Below, piece after piece: positions 1 through 14,049 of a stretch of 64,000 nucleotides of DNA. Numbering within the stretch: position 1 is the first letter of the stretch; the number at the start of each line of letters is the position of its first letter. This DNA is from Fistulifera solaris. Taxonomy: Eukaryota. A program made the position numbers and the translations under genes. The stretch lies in the NCBI GenBank assembly GCA_030295235.1, contig AP026162.1, positions 930,001-994,000 of the forward strand, in the 5' to 3' direction. The notes beneath the pieces are model-generated. The model was not told the DNA's origin. It did not search any database and saw only the letters and a list, made by a program, of their open reading frames with translations.

Positions 1-269
1 CACGAATCTAGCGCACCGACCTCCTCGGATTGCGTCCGCAACGAGCGAGTATTTTTACTTAGAACGAAAGCGGCAGCGGCTGCCGCTGTAGGAGCGAGCA
101 CACGGTATGTTCTGTAGCATTGCATCATGCTTATGTTTCCATCTCGAGTTAATTAACGAAAGAATTTAAAAAAAAATACTCCGTCTTTAACAATTGTCGT
201 TGAAAGCCCAGCAAAGATCCTTTTTTGTCGAAGATGACGACGACGACTCCCTTCTCACTCATCGACAAC

Positions 270-875
270 CCGCAGATTTCCTGGGAACTTGATAATACAA
301 CTGGTCCAGCTTATCTGGACCAGTGTAAATACTCAATCACCAAGATTTTCTGGAAACTTGAAAAATACACGTGGTCCAGAAAATCTGGACCACTGTAAAT
401 ACCAAACACCCAGATTTCCAGGGAACGCGAAATACAGCTGGTCCAGAGTTTCTGGACCAGTATAATTACCACAGACCCAGATTTCCTGGGAACGTCAAAA
501 TACAACACTCCAGATTTTCTGGACCAATGTAAATACCCTACTCCCAGATTTCCTTAAAACGTGAGAATACAACAGGTCCAGATTTTCTGGACCGTTGTAA
601 ATACTACACATCCATGTTTTCTGGAAACATGAAACTACAATTGGTCTAATTTTCTGCACTAGTGTAATTACCACGCCCCCAGATTTCCTGGGAGTGTGAA
701 ATACAACACCTCCAGATTTTCTGGACCACCGTAAATACCACTCACCCAGATCTCCTGGGAACGTGAAAAAATACAAAACCTCCAGATTTTCTGGACTAGT
801 GTAAAGTCCTGGGACCGTGAAAGCATCACGCGTGCCCAAATTTTCTGGACCACGCATTCCCAGAAAATTTGGGAG
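270..875. repeat. Degenerate tandem array, ~68 bp unit made of two ~34 bp halves, each with a CCAGA-N3-TCTGG-type palindrome
   Basis: CAGATTTCC-type anchor recurs at ~274, 343, 411, 478, 545, 613, 680, 747; TCCAGATTTTCTGGACC repeated; overlapping ORFs read QKIW/PENL periodically. Confidence 0.9.
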
Positions 876-1058
876 TGTGGTGTTTGGTGAATTTTCACGA
901 TAATATCTTCGTGACGGCGGAGGCAGCGCGGTAAAAAAGCGTCCGCAGCGAGCATCCCTTCAATTCCATCCATAACGCTGCTTTTTACTTTTGCAGCTCG
1001 ACCTTATTACTAGTAAAATAAAATATCAGCATTGTTGCTCATCGTTTATTTACACAAT

Positions 1059-4000
1059 ATGCCGAATACGTCAAAGCAGAAGAGTACCAAGCCTAAGAAT
1101 GATACGTCCAATGTAGAGTCAGCGCAAAGGCTAGACTCCGCAAAGAGCTGGATACTTTGCATCAAGAAATGGAAGTGGCAAGATACGCGACTATCGAAAC
1201 GGGCCATCAACGAAGAAAAGTTCCAAAACATCAGTCGAAAGCACGTACTCGTCAGCGAAAACATCTGGAAAAGATAGATCACGAGGAGATCTTTGCCTAC
1301 GATGAACAGGGTGAAGACGTTCCGATCCGTGGGGCAGCCGCTGCTCACACAGCCGACGTAATCAACGGGAGTCTCATTTTTGGGGTACCTGGAAAGCCCG
1401 ACGAACAGCAGGATGGCTCAGACGATGGGGGCGATTCTTCTGAGGACCAGCAAAGCGACGATGATTCACAGTTCTCCGGCGAGGATGAGAACGAGGAAAG
1501 CGCCAGTGAGGACGACACGGACGAATCTGATACCATGGAAGAAAATGTTGATGAAGATTTCGACGATGATGACGAAGACGAGGACGAAGACTTGGAAGTC
1601 TTGGAAGAAGCAGAAGATACAGACAACGGCATAAGAGCCAAGTGTAGACCTGTCGCCGATGACTTGAACGCAAACGAAGATGGTGGCAAGCAACCAGGCA
1701 AGAAGCGGAAAAATAAGTTCCAGGGCATGAGCAACAAACGTCGAAGGTACCGCATGAAAAACTTCAAGTCCTTTCGAATGGCTCAAAGACACGGAGAAGC
1801 TCTTGCGGCTCATGCACGTGGTAATCCTTCATTAGCGATTCAGAAATTGAAAGCGATCGCTCAAGATCATCCGTCGGCACCACAAATCTACTCGTCACTG
1901 GGAATGATTTATGAAGAGATGCTGCAGGATCAGAAAGCGAAAGTAATTGGAGATCGAGATGGTTCAGGAGTTACTGATGGCTTGGATCAGGGTCAGGAGG
2001 ACGATAATTCGTCACTTATCGCCTTGGCAACCAAAATGTACGGGTCTTTTCATGTAGCCGCTTATTTATGCACGAAAGACTACGCTTTGTGGGAGAGAGC
2101 TGCCAACGCCGCCATCGAAATATCGGCCTTGCACACAGAAATGATGGCTGCCTCTGATGCCTCCAATGCCGTTCGCGAGTATCACAGATCAGCGAAAGTA
2201 CGTTGGCTTTCTGAAGCGAAGAGTGACTATTATAGAGCCACAAAGCTGAACCCACCTGGAATTGAAGTGGCTTGCAAATTAGCTGCTACTCTTGTTGAAT
2301 TAGGGCATCTTTCGGAAGCCCTAACTCTGCTCACAGATTTAAAGAATCATGCAGACAAGGCCCCCTCTTTCAACGCTAGCCATGGGGCTTGGTTACTGTA
2401 TGCTGATCTTATGCTACAGATTGGCCACGAATGCTCAAAATGGAACAGTGGGAATCAAAGCAATGGTAATCACATGTTCCGAAGATGGCTTCGCAAAATG
2501 TCGAAGACGTTTAATTGGGAAGAGAGGCGTTTACAAGCCCTCGTGAAAGCGTTGGAAGCGGCCGCAGGATCAAACAACTGCGGTGCACTCTTGAGCTGGA
2601 TGCATGAGAGGGCCTTGAGTATGAGCTCGAATACAGGCAATGGTCTCCAGGGACAGTCGGATTTCAATGAAATAACAGATGCAGAGATAGAAGCGGAGAA
2701 AGAAATAGCGATGAAGCGAAACAACGAAGAACTTGAAGATTTTGACAGAGTGACCGCTGAAATGAAAGCCGTCACGGATTCAAAAGGTGCACATGCACGC
2801 CAAAAAGAAAGAGAGCATTTGCTCGAAACGCAAAGGACGAGACTGGAGAACATCGAGGAACAACAAACTATGGCTCGTGACGAGGACGGATCGACACCTC
2901 TCGCTACGAGTTACGAGACAGCTGCCAGTCTCCCAATGTCATCATCGTGCCGCACAGTGTGTACTATTGCGACAGACTTAGTACGTCAGGCTCTTAGTAT
3001 GGGGATTGCTACCATTGGAAAGCTTGCTTGCGAGGCATTTTGCTCTTATTTGAAAGAGCGATCAGAGATCACTGAGAAACGGATTGCCGATAGACAAGCC
3101 TCGACTCAAAGTAATTTGGATAACGACAAGAAATACCGACATCGGGATTACGACAATGTGGAGGAACTCAGTGACGGTTATGTCAGTGACGTCGCTTTTT
3201 CGGATGACGAAGAGCTAAACCACTCGAACAATCCAGCACTACTTCAGTCTCTAAAATATGGAAGCCTGCCCCCAGAGCTTCGTTTCCTATACGGGATTTG
3301 TCTCGCCGCAGAAGGTGGAAAGCGATTTTTGGCAATGAGATGCATTGAAATTGTGAACTCTATCGGCTTGGAAGATCTTGATTGGTTTAATGAAGACATC
3401 AATGATACAGCTGCCGTACAAGATACTTCCTGGCAAGTCCTTTTGAAGTGCACTACTGCTCCTTTAACCAGAACCGCTGCTTACGCACTACTTGGTGATG
3501 TGCTCAAAAACGATTGCTAGATATTCCCTTATATGACCTTTCCCGTCTCCTATCAGAGCACGCAAGACGTCTCATTGATCTTGGTATTGTCAAAGAAGCT
3601 CTTGCTGAGCAGTCCAAAAACTCTCTTCAGTCTCGACGTCGCAGACTCGTTATTGATGTACTTGTTACAACTGCTCGCATTCAGCTCCAACATGTGGAAG
3701 AAATGATGTCTACAAGCTTGGATTCGGAAAGAGAAAAAAGGAAAGAGCTTGTACTTAATCTCCTGGAATCACTGACAGCCTACCTCAGAGCGCTTTGGAA
3801 TATTGATTCAAGAGCTGCTGTATGTACTTCTTGCAGGGAAATTCTAATTGCTCTAGCGGTGGCATTGCGGTTGTTGTTAGTTCTTGAGGAAGACTTTCAA
3901 GAAATGTGCAGTATTACAACGAAAGTCGAAGCAGCAATTTCAATTCTTTGCGGTGTTCCTAATCTTCAGTCGACTGACAACGAACTTTACCCGACTGATA

Positions 4001-5538
4001 ATCTGAGAAGTCTCCCATTTGACTCTGCTTTCCAATCTGACTCGTTGAAAAAATTATCGCTCAGAGTGCACAACTGTGCGGTGGCGACCAACTGTTCCCA
4101 TTTTTCCGGTTGGGAAGCTAGCGAATTTTCGACGGCTCTTCTTAAAAGTGTTGACATTTCATATTTTTCGGGCATCTCGGTCGAGAATGGTCATACGTTT
4201 GGTATTCTTAACGATCGCTGGGTTCCAATTCTTGCGCGACAGTGGGAAACACTAGCAATGATTCTTCCAAATTATCGTCGATTCGATTTTGCTGAACAGT
4301 TCAAAGCTGCATCCACCCGAGACAGATACGTCGAGGTCCGAAAGAGTATGGAGGAGGCTACTAAACGAGACAAACTTTGTATCTATGGCGAAGAGAGCGG
4401 CGTCGAGATTTTACTTTCTTACTCGGAGTTGTGCCTCAGGCTTGCCTCAATCTCAAGCGCAAGGAACCGTGATTTATCCTCACAAATGTTATACAAGGCT
4501 CTGAGCATCATCTTACCACTTTCTCAATTTGCACTCCATCAAGAACTTTGGACATCTACATTGGGTACAGTTGCAGCATGTCAGACTGGACTTATTGAAT
4601 GGAGACCAATAACAACACGAACAGATGGAGCAGTTTTGCCGTCGTATTTGCTTCCAACCGAGAGTCGCAGTAAAGGGAAATCGATAGAATCAAGTCTTGA
4701 TCAGTGGTTTGATTGGGAAAATGACCAAACTCCTCTTGCTAATTTGATTCCGATTGAACCAGCGAATCTGCTGTCGTTATGGAAGATGTACGCCGAAAAG
4801 ATTCCATCATCTTCTGAAAAAAGCAGAGTGGCAATGCAGCAACTCGACGAATCACTCAAGCAAATGCGCCTATGTTTCTCAGAGCAAGCTGTTGAAAATC
4901 AGTCGCTCATTGTGGCGGCGAAACTTTTAGATGTAGCCACCTGCGCCGACTGTGCAAACCCTTTTCTTTGCATATTTCAAGCAGCTCGCTTTGCTCGACA
5001 CAGTAGAAAAGGTGGATCAAGTAGCGATGTATTCAAGGTTCCACTGGCCCTGGAAGTAGAATGTACATCTCGAGATGTCGTTGCCATTCTTGGCCGTGCG
5101 GGCTGCCTTCAATCCCTCTATTGCTTTCACGAAGCTGCATTCTTGTATAGCTTCATCGCTGGAGTCTGCGCGGTTCACCGAAAGACAGAAAATGGTTCTG
5201 TCGAGCGGAACGACCTCTGGAAAGCTTTATCGATACTTAATTACAATCAAACAGTGCGTCTTCGCGCTTCGTTCCGAATGATCGTGAAAGAGCATGGGAT
5301 CAAGGACGAACCTCTGTTTGTCTGGAAAGGCAGCGTAATTGACGAACTAAATTCGGCGAGGATCGATGGGTTGGCGCTACAACCGCATGTAGAACACGTC
5401 GCTAGCGTACCGGACGTTCTTTTACCGTTTGAAGACGTCCAGCCTGGCAGTGATTTCAACATTGACGTAAATAATTTAGGCGCCTCGGAGGATGAATCAA
5501 AAGCTGTGACAGGAGAACCGATAGTAGTTGCCGTATAG
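1059..5538 (+). CDS. Large TPR protein, TFIIIC subunit 3 (Tfc4/GTF3C3)-like N-terminal region; frameshifts near 1143 and 3510
   Basis: Acidic N-terminus, then GEALAAHARGN..AIQKL..IAQDHPSAPQIYSSLGMIYEE..AAYL....ALWERAA resembling Tfc4 TPRs; ORFs 1157-3520 and 3514-5538 join across an A-run. Confidence 0.6.
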
Positions 5539-5598
5539 TTTCTAAAGGAAAAAAATCCAAAGCGATTTAGTCATTAATGAACATCATTGCTGCAAATT

Positions 5599-6888
5599 CT
5601 ACTCAATACCAATAAAGGCTCTTTGTTGTTGTAGCATCATCATAGGATCGGGTATGTGTTGCTGCATCATCATCGAATTAGTTCCAAAGGATCCTTCGTA
5701 ACCTTGAGAAGGAATGAGTGCCATGGTGCTGGCCGGGTAAGTTTGATAATAATTGCCGCCTCCCATTGGACTACTTTCTAACCCCCGACTAAATATCCTG
5801 TATCAACTCCAGGGTTCTGATGCATCAGAGTAGGAGCCATCGCCAGGGACCCCGGTTGTTGACGCAACGCAACAGCGCGGAAATGAGGGTTACCGTACAC
5901 GATGTTAGTACCCTGGACAACAGGAGTGGAGATAACGCCTTGTGGTGCTGCCGAGACCATCATGGGCTGCATTTGCAGCTGACCTATTCCCGAATGCAAA
6001 ACGCCGTGACCTTGAGACGAGCTGTAGATATCATCGCCAACAAACTTCTGAACCATTTGAGGTGCCGCTAAAACACTAGCAGACTGAAAACCACCAGGCG
6101 CACGCAGCAGACTGCCATGAAGATGATGTTGCTCTTTACTTATGTGTTGCGCAGAGTTTGAATCAAGATACTGGCCAGAACCTCCCATCGTACCCCCCTG
6201 AGTTGGTATTCACAAGCGGAATCGGAGCATCCTCTAAAGAAGGAAGGGGGTTTGTTTTATTCAGAGCATAAAAATCAGGCTCATCTTTCTTACGCATGGG
6301 CAGCTTCTTGTGGGTTTTTGGTAATCTTCTCATGTATTTTTTGCAAGTGAGGCATACCTCGAAGAAAAAGCTGCGGGCAAAAAAGTTAGAAGAACGAAGC
6401 ATCGTCTCAAAAAAGAAGCATTTGCGATTGAATCTTACCTCGTGGTAATACGAACCGCGATCAGGTCCTCCGCTGATTCTCCGGAAGCTCCATGCATTGA
6501 CTAACCGGTTGAAGGAATGATAGTTGCTGTATTCAAAGAAGAGGGGCATTACCATGCTTTCAAACAACGCCGGCTTAAGAATTTTCCAAGATCGCCCGTG
6601 GGGCATCCATGAGATGATATCTTGAAATTCCTTTTGAGCCAGAATAACATAGAGCTTTACAGGGAATTTTTGCACGCGAATGGAGCTTTCCGGGCTTGTC
6701 CGAGAAGAAGTCGGAGGAGGATTGTCTGCAACAAGCCCTGGATCATCATCTTTGGTCACATTGCTATAATCTCGATAGGTATACTTCTCGCACTGATGAC
6801 GCTCCGTTCCTTCATTGTCGCAATTATCATCAGAAAGAAGAGGAGCAATGCTTACGCTTGACGCATCTTCCTTATCATGTTCACTCAT
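5599..6888 (-). CDS. Heat shock transcription factor (HSF DNA-binding domain); intron 6371-6438; 3' end uncertain (5778 or ~5599)
   Basis: KFPVKLY..L....IISWMPHGRSWKI...YHSFNRLVNAWSFRRI..GPDRGSYYHE; splicing GTAAG..CAG restores LFLRGMPHL. Confidence 0.9.
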
Positions 6889-8686
6889 TTTGGATTTCGG
6901 CGACGTCCTTGCGACCGTTGTTATTGATTTTCAACTTCAGATGCTTTAATAGTCGAAAGCGAGGTGCATCTCGAAGTCTTGAAGATTGCACCGCTCTCGT
7001 CGTCTCTTCTCCGTGTACGTTTTTGGTCTGTCCGCATTGGTAATCGTGAACTTCAAGGAATTTCTCGCTCAACCGCTATGACCTTAAAGTACAATGTGAT
7101 ATGTCAATACAGCTTTGATATTCTCCGCAATAGATTCACGGTTGCAGACAAGACTACACTATATATATTTCACGACCATCTCATTTCGTGGTAGTTCTAT
7201 TATCAAGCGAACTGTGCAGTCGAACTCATCAAATTACCCGTGAGAAAATCACTTAGTACAAAATAAACAAGCCTTTATTCACTTTAACCTGGCATGTAGA
7301 GAAAACCGAATGCGATAATAAGAATAAAGTGAAACGTTGTATGCCTGTTTTCTTTCGGGTCTCATTTGCATTATGCCTATCGCCTATATCATGTTAAAAA
7401 AGTATAGAAACCTATACCTACTATAATCATAACTGTACGAATTGAAGCCAGCTGTCAAAGGTAAATCTTTTTTTTCTTTTAAGCCTCACTTCGGTAGGTT
7501 TAAAGGGAGTCTTGAGCATTGGAACTGCGTCCGAAATTGTACACACTGAGTGATTTCGTTCACGGTCCGCGAGAAAACGAGATTTTTGGACGTTCCGACT
7601 GTTTTCACGTAGCAAATTTTATAATGTGAGATGGTGGGGCGGTCGTGTGTCTGTCTTGTCGTCGCTTTTCACTTGCTATTTGACTGTTTGACTGACTCAG
7701 CTTCCTCGCGCGCGCTCTTTGCCTCGGATGCAAGACAGTTACCGGGTAGTTTCTCCGTGCTAAGGTTATGAAAACGCAAATTCGATTCAGGCTAAGAGCC
7801 CAGCGCCAGCTAACTCCCGTCCCGGAAAAAGATAATCAATACAACCAAAGACGTATCGCTTGACGAAAGAAGTTATTGATCAATGATCAATCAATTTTCT
7901 TAAGGTTACCGACAGATTCGATGATCATCAAAGTTGTCGCTGGCGGGAAAGTGAAGGAGATTTGACAATTGTTTCATGTAGGCATGTAGACTGTAAACCC
8001 GTCATTCTTGTCACAAACCGTGTTCCTTTTGTTTGTGCTACTCCGAAATCGCGTTAGACATCAAGCTCAGTCTTCGAGACCAAAGAAATTCACATCGTAA
8101 ACAATCATTCCCTTCAGGTCTTCCGCTCTTCTTTATTCGAGTGTTACTCTTTAACTTGTTAGGAAAGAAAAGGAACGATCCTTCCTTTTGAGAGAATGCA
8201 AACGAGCAGAATGCCATCCGAAAATACTGACAGACGCAAAGTGGCCAAGACTACATGTCAGTCATGAATCTATGGTTTTCCGAGCCATACTTCTATCCAA
8301 CCCTTCGGTCGTTGTCGTTCCGCAAGATTAGTCGACTGAATTAGTTCCCATTGCATTCTCGAAAATGCACGCAATGATGCATGATGTTAAAAAGTCTTGG
8401 GGATCGTTGTCTTTTACACGACTCCATTTTTTTAGTCACGAAGCAATAAGAAGAGACAGCAGACTCTCTAGCTAGATACCCTCTATTCAATGACTGTTAT
8501 TGACGTCTTTGACACAAACCTAATAGACTGTCCTTTAAAACATTTGCAATTTTCGTTAAAATCATCTTACGTTGAGACGTCTTGGGGCTTGGGGATCGTT
8601 GCCTTCACATTGACTATAGACCTGGGTGTAGGCGAAACCCGACAAAGACGGCTTATAGTCACGAGACATGAATGAATGTTGCGAAT

Positions 8687-8688
<2 letters not shown>

Positions 8689-8727
<39 letters not shown>
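8689..8727. repeat. 39 nt poly-T tract followed by an AT-rich patch to ~8790
   Basis: Seen directly. Confidence 0.9.
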
Positions 8728-8728
<1 letters not shown>

Positions 8729-8930
8729 GATGGTCAAAGAATTTTTTTTTTGTTAGTCTATTTATTTTTAAAATTAAAAAAAAATTGCGCTTATTGTTTA
8801 CGCCTAGCATAGGTCCATTGACGCTACCTTGTACCAGTCTAACGCTGTTTACACCTATCACGAAATATTTCTGAAGCTGTTTAAGTGCCTTTAATTGTCT
8901 ATGTTGGCGCAGTAATCTGGGCAAGGAAAC

Positions 8931-10903
8931 ATGCCGGGGGCATCTTGGCGGAGGCTGATGCCGGTGCTGTCGAAACGTCATGCACTTCCTCCCCTAAACG
9001 AATCTCTCAGCATGTTCTTTTCCGCGTCTCCACGTGAAGCGTTAAAGTTGTACAATTCATTGACAGGAAAGCTCGAGTCTCTACCCATAGGAGATTCTGT
9101 GGCGTGTTATACCTGCGGTCCTACAGTCTATGCACCAGCTCACCTTGGGCATGCCAGAAACTACGTTTTAATGGACATTTTCCGTCGCGTATGGGAGTCG
9201 ACGGGCGCTCGACCCGTGTTTGTTCTCAACATTACCGATGTCGATGACAAGATCATTGCCGCAGCTGCTCAAAACAGTGAATCGCCTGTGGAACTAGCTC
9301 GTCGCTATGAGGAGGCATTTTGGCGAGACCTCGATGCTCTTAATTGCTTACGGCCAACGATCGTCACGCGTGTCACGGAGCACGTAGAATCCGCGATTAT
9401 TCCCTACATAGAGCGTTTGGTAGACCAGAACATGGCATATCTTGTTCCGGGGGAGGGGATATACTTTGACGTCCGAGCCTTTGATAATGTGATGCAGCGT
9501 CTGAATTCGCGATACGGTAAACTGGCGCCGTCTGTTCAAGCAAAGGACTTTGTTTTGGAGAATCAGCGAAAGAAAAGCACAACAGGAGAGTCAAAGAAAG
9601 ATCCACGAGATTTCGCACTTTGGAAATTTAAAAAGCCGGACGAAAACTTCCATTGGGCATCATCATGGGGAGAAGGACGACCGGGATGGCACATTGAATG
9701 TTCCGCTATGATTGAAAGTGTATCCAGTGCATTGAATGTTCCCTTTGCGTACACGCAGGTGGAATCGACTTGCAGTTTCCCCATCATACGAATGAAATAG
9801 CCCAAGCAGAAGCGTATCACATGCGTGGTCACTGGATTGAGCACTGGCTGCACATTGGACATCTACATATTGACGGTTTGAAAATGTCGAAGTCGTTGAA
9901 AAATTTCATTACAATAGAACACTTGCTTTCGGATCATCCTTCTTCCAAAATCTCATCTCCGGCTGATGATTTCCGTCTATGGTGTCTCTCAACATCATCC
10001 TATCGGAGCCCAGTCACATACTCCCAAGAGCGAATAGAGCAGGCAAAACAGAAAAGATTTGAGCTTGTACGCTTTCTTATCGATGCCGAGGCTTGGCTTC
10101 GGCATTCTGTAACAGAAAGGAAGAAATGGACAGCAGATGATGTGAGTCTCTTTCAATTCGTGCAAACGAAAAACGCCCAAGGAAGGGACTCGCTCTTGAA
10201 TGATCTTGGTGGAGCGCTGTACGTTGAATGCATGCTAGACATTGCCCATGAAGGATCCCGTTATCTGTCAGAATGCAGTCCTGAGCGTACTCCCCACGAA
10301 CCACTGACAGTTGCAGTGAGTACGTTAAGAGCAATGATGTCGTTGGTTGGATTTAGTGATTCTACAACGAAAGCTGGGCAACACACCACTATGAATGAAA
10401 GCTCGAGTATTGTGGGCGGCGAATCAGCACTATTAGACGAACTGGCGCAATTTCGAACAACTGTTCGCTCGTTAGCTATGAAGAGCATGAAAGTTGACTT
10501 GAATAATGTCAAGCAAAACCTAAGTGCTCTCCTTCAATCCTGTGACGACCTTCGCGACCGCACTCTACCATCCATGGGTATTGCACTGATCGACGAGAAA
10601 GTGGAAGAAGAGGAGTCTAAAGTTGGAGAAACAGTTCCCAAGTTGTGGCAGTTTTGTGTGCCGACGTCGAATCTACCGCAAGAGCAAAACACACCATTCC
10701 AGCAGCCACTTTCTTCAGACGAACTTAAAGCAATACCATTGCAAGATTTCTTCAAGGCGGGGCAATATGCAGGTCAGTTCGCTGACTTTGATGAGACTGG
10801 ATTCCCCACAAAGAACAAGGATGGGTCCGATGTATCTAGCCGTCTTCGGAAAAAGTTATCGAAGAAACTAGAAAAACATGCAAGTAGGCTCAGAAAGATA
10901 TAG
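8931..10903 (+). CDS. CARS: Cysteinyl-tRNA synthetase; frameshift near 9745; start uncertain
   Basis: [58 protein letters not shown]. Confidence 0.95.
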
Positions 10904-11285
10904 GTTAGAAAGATACAGGTTAGGTTTACAGATGAGACTCTTTATCTGGTTTCATCATGCAATATTTGTTGCTTCATAGACATAGACTCTAGGTGAATGC
11001 CGAATGCCTAAAAAAATTCTCCAGTACCAGTAATGAGTTGCGCATTGCGCATCGTCTGACTCACCCGACGTCATGAGGAGTCGTGAGTCACTGCTTCTTC
11101 GACGTCCCATTCACGAATGACAAAAGCACGACGATGAGGCGCATGCAGCACGGCGGCGACCATGAACTAACTACTACGTATTGTTGACCATGAAGCATCA
11201 GTACTTAGTAATCTCAGGACAAAACACATTGAAACAAGCATTATTTCTTAGCGACGAAATCTCTCATTATTTGTGACCATCGAAC

Positions 11286-12404
11286 ATGCATTCCACAAAG
11301 ATATTGAGAGTCCGGAAGAATCCCTTGTCAGGGACACCGCAGCTCCTTCTCCCGCCTCCCAACTTTTGGGAAAGTGCTGGTGCCGCTCTTCAAGGAGCAT
11401 GGAGTCACATCGTAGATCAGTCAGCGCGCGATAAATACGAAGTTCTTGTGGAGAAAAATGTCATCAAGGACACTGTATTGCAGAACGCCACCACGGGGGC
11501 AACGTTGACGTTTGCTTTGTTTCACAATCTGCAGAATCCTTTATTTGAAAAATATAAATTTGATGCCGCTGAATTCATGCATGCAGTAGGTCCTGCTCTC
11601 GAGAACTTTCATGATACTTTGGGGTGTTTGAAGAACGATCTTCCGGCAAATCTTGAACAAGACAAACTCAAGCTCGAAGAGTCCTTAAAAAAAGTCCGAC
11701 GAGGAACTCTTGGGAATGAAGGAAGATCTTACCACATCCTTACTGGGTGTGAATCGTTGGAAACAACAAGCCAAAGAAGACGAAAACAGCCCCGCTGGTA
11801 TTCTTTCCAAGATGACAACAGAGATATGCCTGGATGCATTCTATTATACATGCAAATTAGATGTGTTAGGTCGTGACGCGCTGGAAAAACAACCGACCCC
11901 GGCCATTCCAGCATCCCCAATCATTACATTCCCGGAAGTTGCCGAGTCAATGAAGTCGCTTTACTGAACGCTCGCGCTTCAGAAATAGGCGTTCCCGACG
12001 ACAAAGAGATCGATGAGGAGTATCCCGAGTTCCGTGCATCGGAAGACCAATCCTTTCAGAAAAATCTAGACGTCGCTGCTCAATTGGATGTTCTCTACGA
12101 GGTTTCTCATACTTATCGACTCAGCGCTGATTCGAAAGACGATTCTCAACAAAAAGACGATAGCAAAGAAGACACAACTTTGAGACAAGGGGAACGCGCT
12201 CATGAAAGCGTCAAGGATGGAGAGGACAAGCAGACGGTAGAGTCCATGGTTTATACCAACTTAGCGGTAGCAGTGTTTGAGGGATGGCTTTATCGAACAT
12301 CCGGCGGCAAGAACAGCTTACGGTGGAAAATTGCTATGATTCGGGATGCCTACGAGTTTCCACACCATCAACCTAGAGTTATTACGAATCCCCCTTCCTC
12401 TTAA
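11286..12404 (+). CDS. Hypothetical protein split by two frameshifts (possibly Tim44-like fold)
   Basis: Consecutive ORFs 11286-11876, 11710-11967 and 12084-12404; FDAAEF and C-terminal FEG..LRWKI are only weakly Tim44-like. Confidence 0.55.
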
Positions 12405-12472
12405 CTTTGTCTGTAAAATCTGTATTAACTGCTAAATGCATCCCCTGAAAATTAGCTGAGCAAGTATATCAT

Positions 12473-13105
12473 TTAAAAGTTAGGGACGCCATTGATTTGA
12501 CGGATAAGATCCCTTACGAGGAGCCCTTCCATACGATGGCCATCGACATCTCCACACCAATCGCCGGTAGTCGCGGATAGAATATATAGTAATTGCCCAG
12601 AAATTGGGGACTGCATCATAACAACTTTTTGCTCCAGATCTACTTGAATGTTATATTGCCCTCGCACGGGACCCAAGTCCAGCAGTATGAAATCCCCAAA
12701 ATCATCTTCGTGTCCTCGCGTCAAAATGTAATCATCATTCACCGACTTTAAAGGTTCTAATGCGTTGTATATTTTGTTCATGAGCTTTTCAGACTCTCTG
12801 GCAAATATTTCCGGATCTTTTACGGCAGGTTGACGAATTCCCATCGCGTCCGAATCTGTGAGGCGCTGTTCTGTGTTATCATCTTTCGCATTTCCTACAC
12901 CGTGTCGTCTTCGTCTTACGGGGAGGGAGACTGACGCGGAAGAATGAAATGAATTACCCGCTGTCGGAGCTATAAGAGAAGAAGGCCACGGATTCCAGAT
13001 TGTTTTACATTGTGCTAACTTAGCCGAGGACGGGCGGCGTAAGCAAAGAATGACCCGAGTACTACTTTTCGCACAAGAAGCGAGCGATCCTCCACCGACG
13101 AACAT
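12473..13105 (-). CDS. Frataxin/CyaY-like protein with basic N-terminal presequence
   Basis: ILLDLGPVRGQYNIQ......VMMQSPISG..Y......W.....H..EGLL.RDL. Confidence 0.8.
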   Translation of the reverse strand: MFVGGGSLASCAKSSTRVILCLRRPSSAKLAQCKTIWNPWPSSLIAPTAGNSFHSSASVSLPVRRRRHGVGNAKDDNTEQRLTDSDAMGIRQPAVKDPEIFARESEKLMNKIYNALEPLKSVNDDYILTRGHEDDFGDFILLDLGPVRGQYNIQVDLEQKVVMMQSPISGQLLYILSATTGDWCGDVDGHRMEGLLVRDLIRQINGVPNF

Positions 13106-13469
13106 CGCTCAGTAAATGCCTCTTCTTTCAATCTATTGACAGTCTAGGATACTTTTAATGAGCAAGGCGACTATGAAAGAGTTCGCTGTTTGTGGGGTTT
13201 TAATAATTTTCGAAGAGAATCGAATGATGTGTTGCAGGAGGAGTGTTTGTGATGCAATAAAAAAGGTACGGTCCGGAATCGTGAATGAAAATCAAGTAGG
13301 AGCAGTCACGAGTGTTTTGCCGATTGACAGACGGGCCACACGTAAGGACGTATAATACTTCGATCACACAACGTTCACATGCCCCTGCTTTCCAAACATC
13401 GCTAATACATGCCATGAAACAATATTCGACTTTGATCTATCATTGAAATATGAAAAAGTAGAACAGATA

Positions 13470-13751
13470 CAACGCTTCCAGTGTCTACGCATATTTTACG
13501 TAGCCGCCGTAGGAAATTTATCTCTGTAGGGGTACCCGGATATTAAGTATTTTCGCTATCATCCAATTCTCATATTTACAGGTACAGTCACCGATGTCAA
13601 CGTTTTTTTTGTCCGAGGTATTCTCTTCGTATCAGGAAGCAATAAAAGCCATCGTTTCGAAAACAAAACGTTGATGGAACGAATGATGCAACGCTTCGAA
13701 TGTCAACGTGATTTCACGTAGCTCTCGTAGGGAAATTTATCGACAGAGGGG
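13470..13751 (-). repeat. Dispersed inverted relative of the 428 bp satellite (both conserved blocks, different middle)
   Basis: CTTCCAGTGTCTACG..CGTAGGAAATTTATCTCTGTAGGG and GATTTCACGTAGCTCTCGTAGGGAAATTTATCGACAGAGGGG are reverse complements of the satellite blocks. Confidence 0.9.
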
Positions 13752-14049
13752 AAATCACACCATTGTTTGCGTCTCAATACCGCTACGATTGTGAGTAGAT
13801 ACTGTCTTATTAAGAAGTCTTTTGACGGTTTCTTATGATGTAATTGTAAACCATGTTAGGATGATTTGAAATTATTATTTAGCGTTATCGCATGATTTGA
13901 ACGTTGGCATGAATGTTGGCGTCAAATAAAAACAACCAAAGACTTTTGGTAAAGGTAGCTGGTACTTTCCATTCAAGAAGTCGTCTCAAAACCATAATTA
14001 ACAGAGTAACTGATTCATCACCTCCAAAAGAGAGGATTCTACGCGGCAA

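Noticed and set aside
1..95. Hairpins AGCGGCAGC-G-GCTGCCGCT (70-88) and CCGA-N5-TCGG near CTAG as a Helitron end
   Set aside because: Truncated by the window edge, and the flanking base does not fit CTRR|T
270..875. CRISPR-like array (palindromes at ~68 bp period) or QKIW repeat protein
   Set aside because: Intervening segments are homologous to each other rather than unique, and all frames are interrupted
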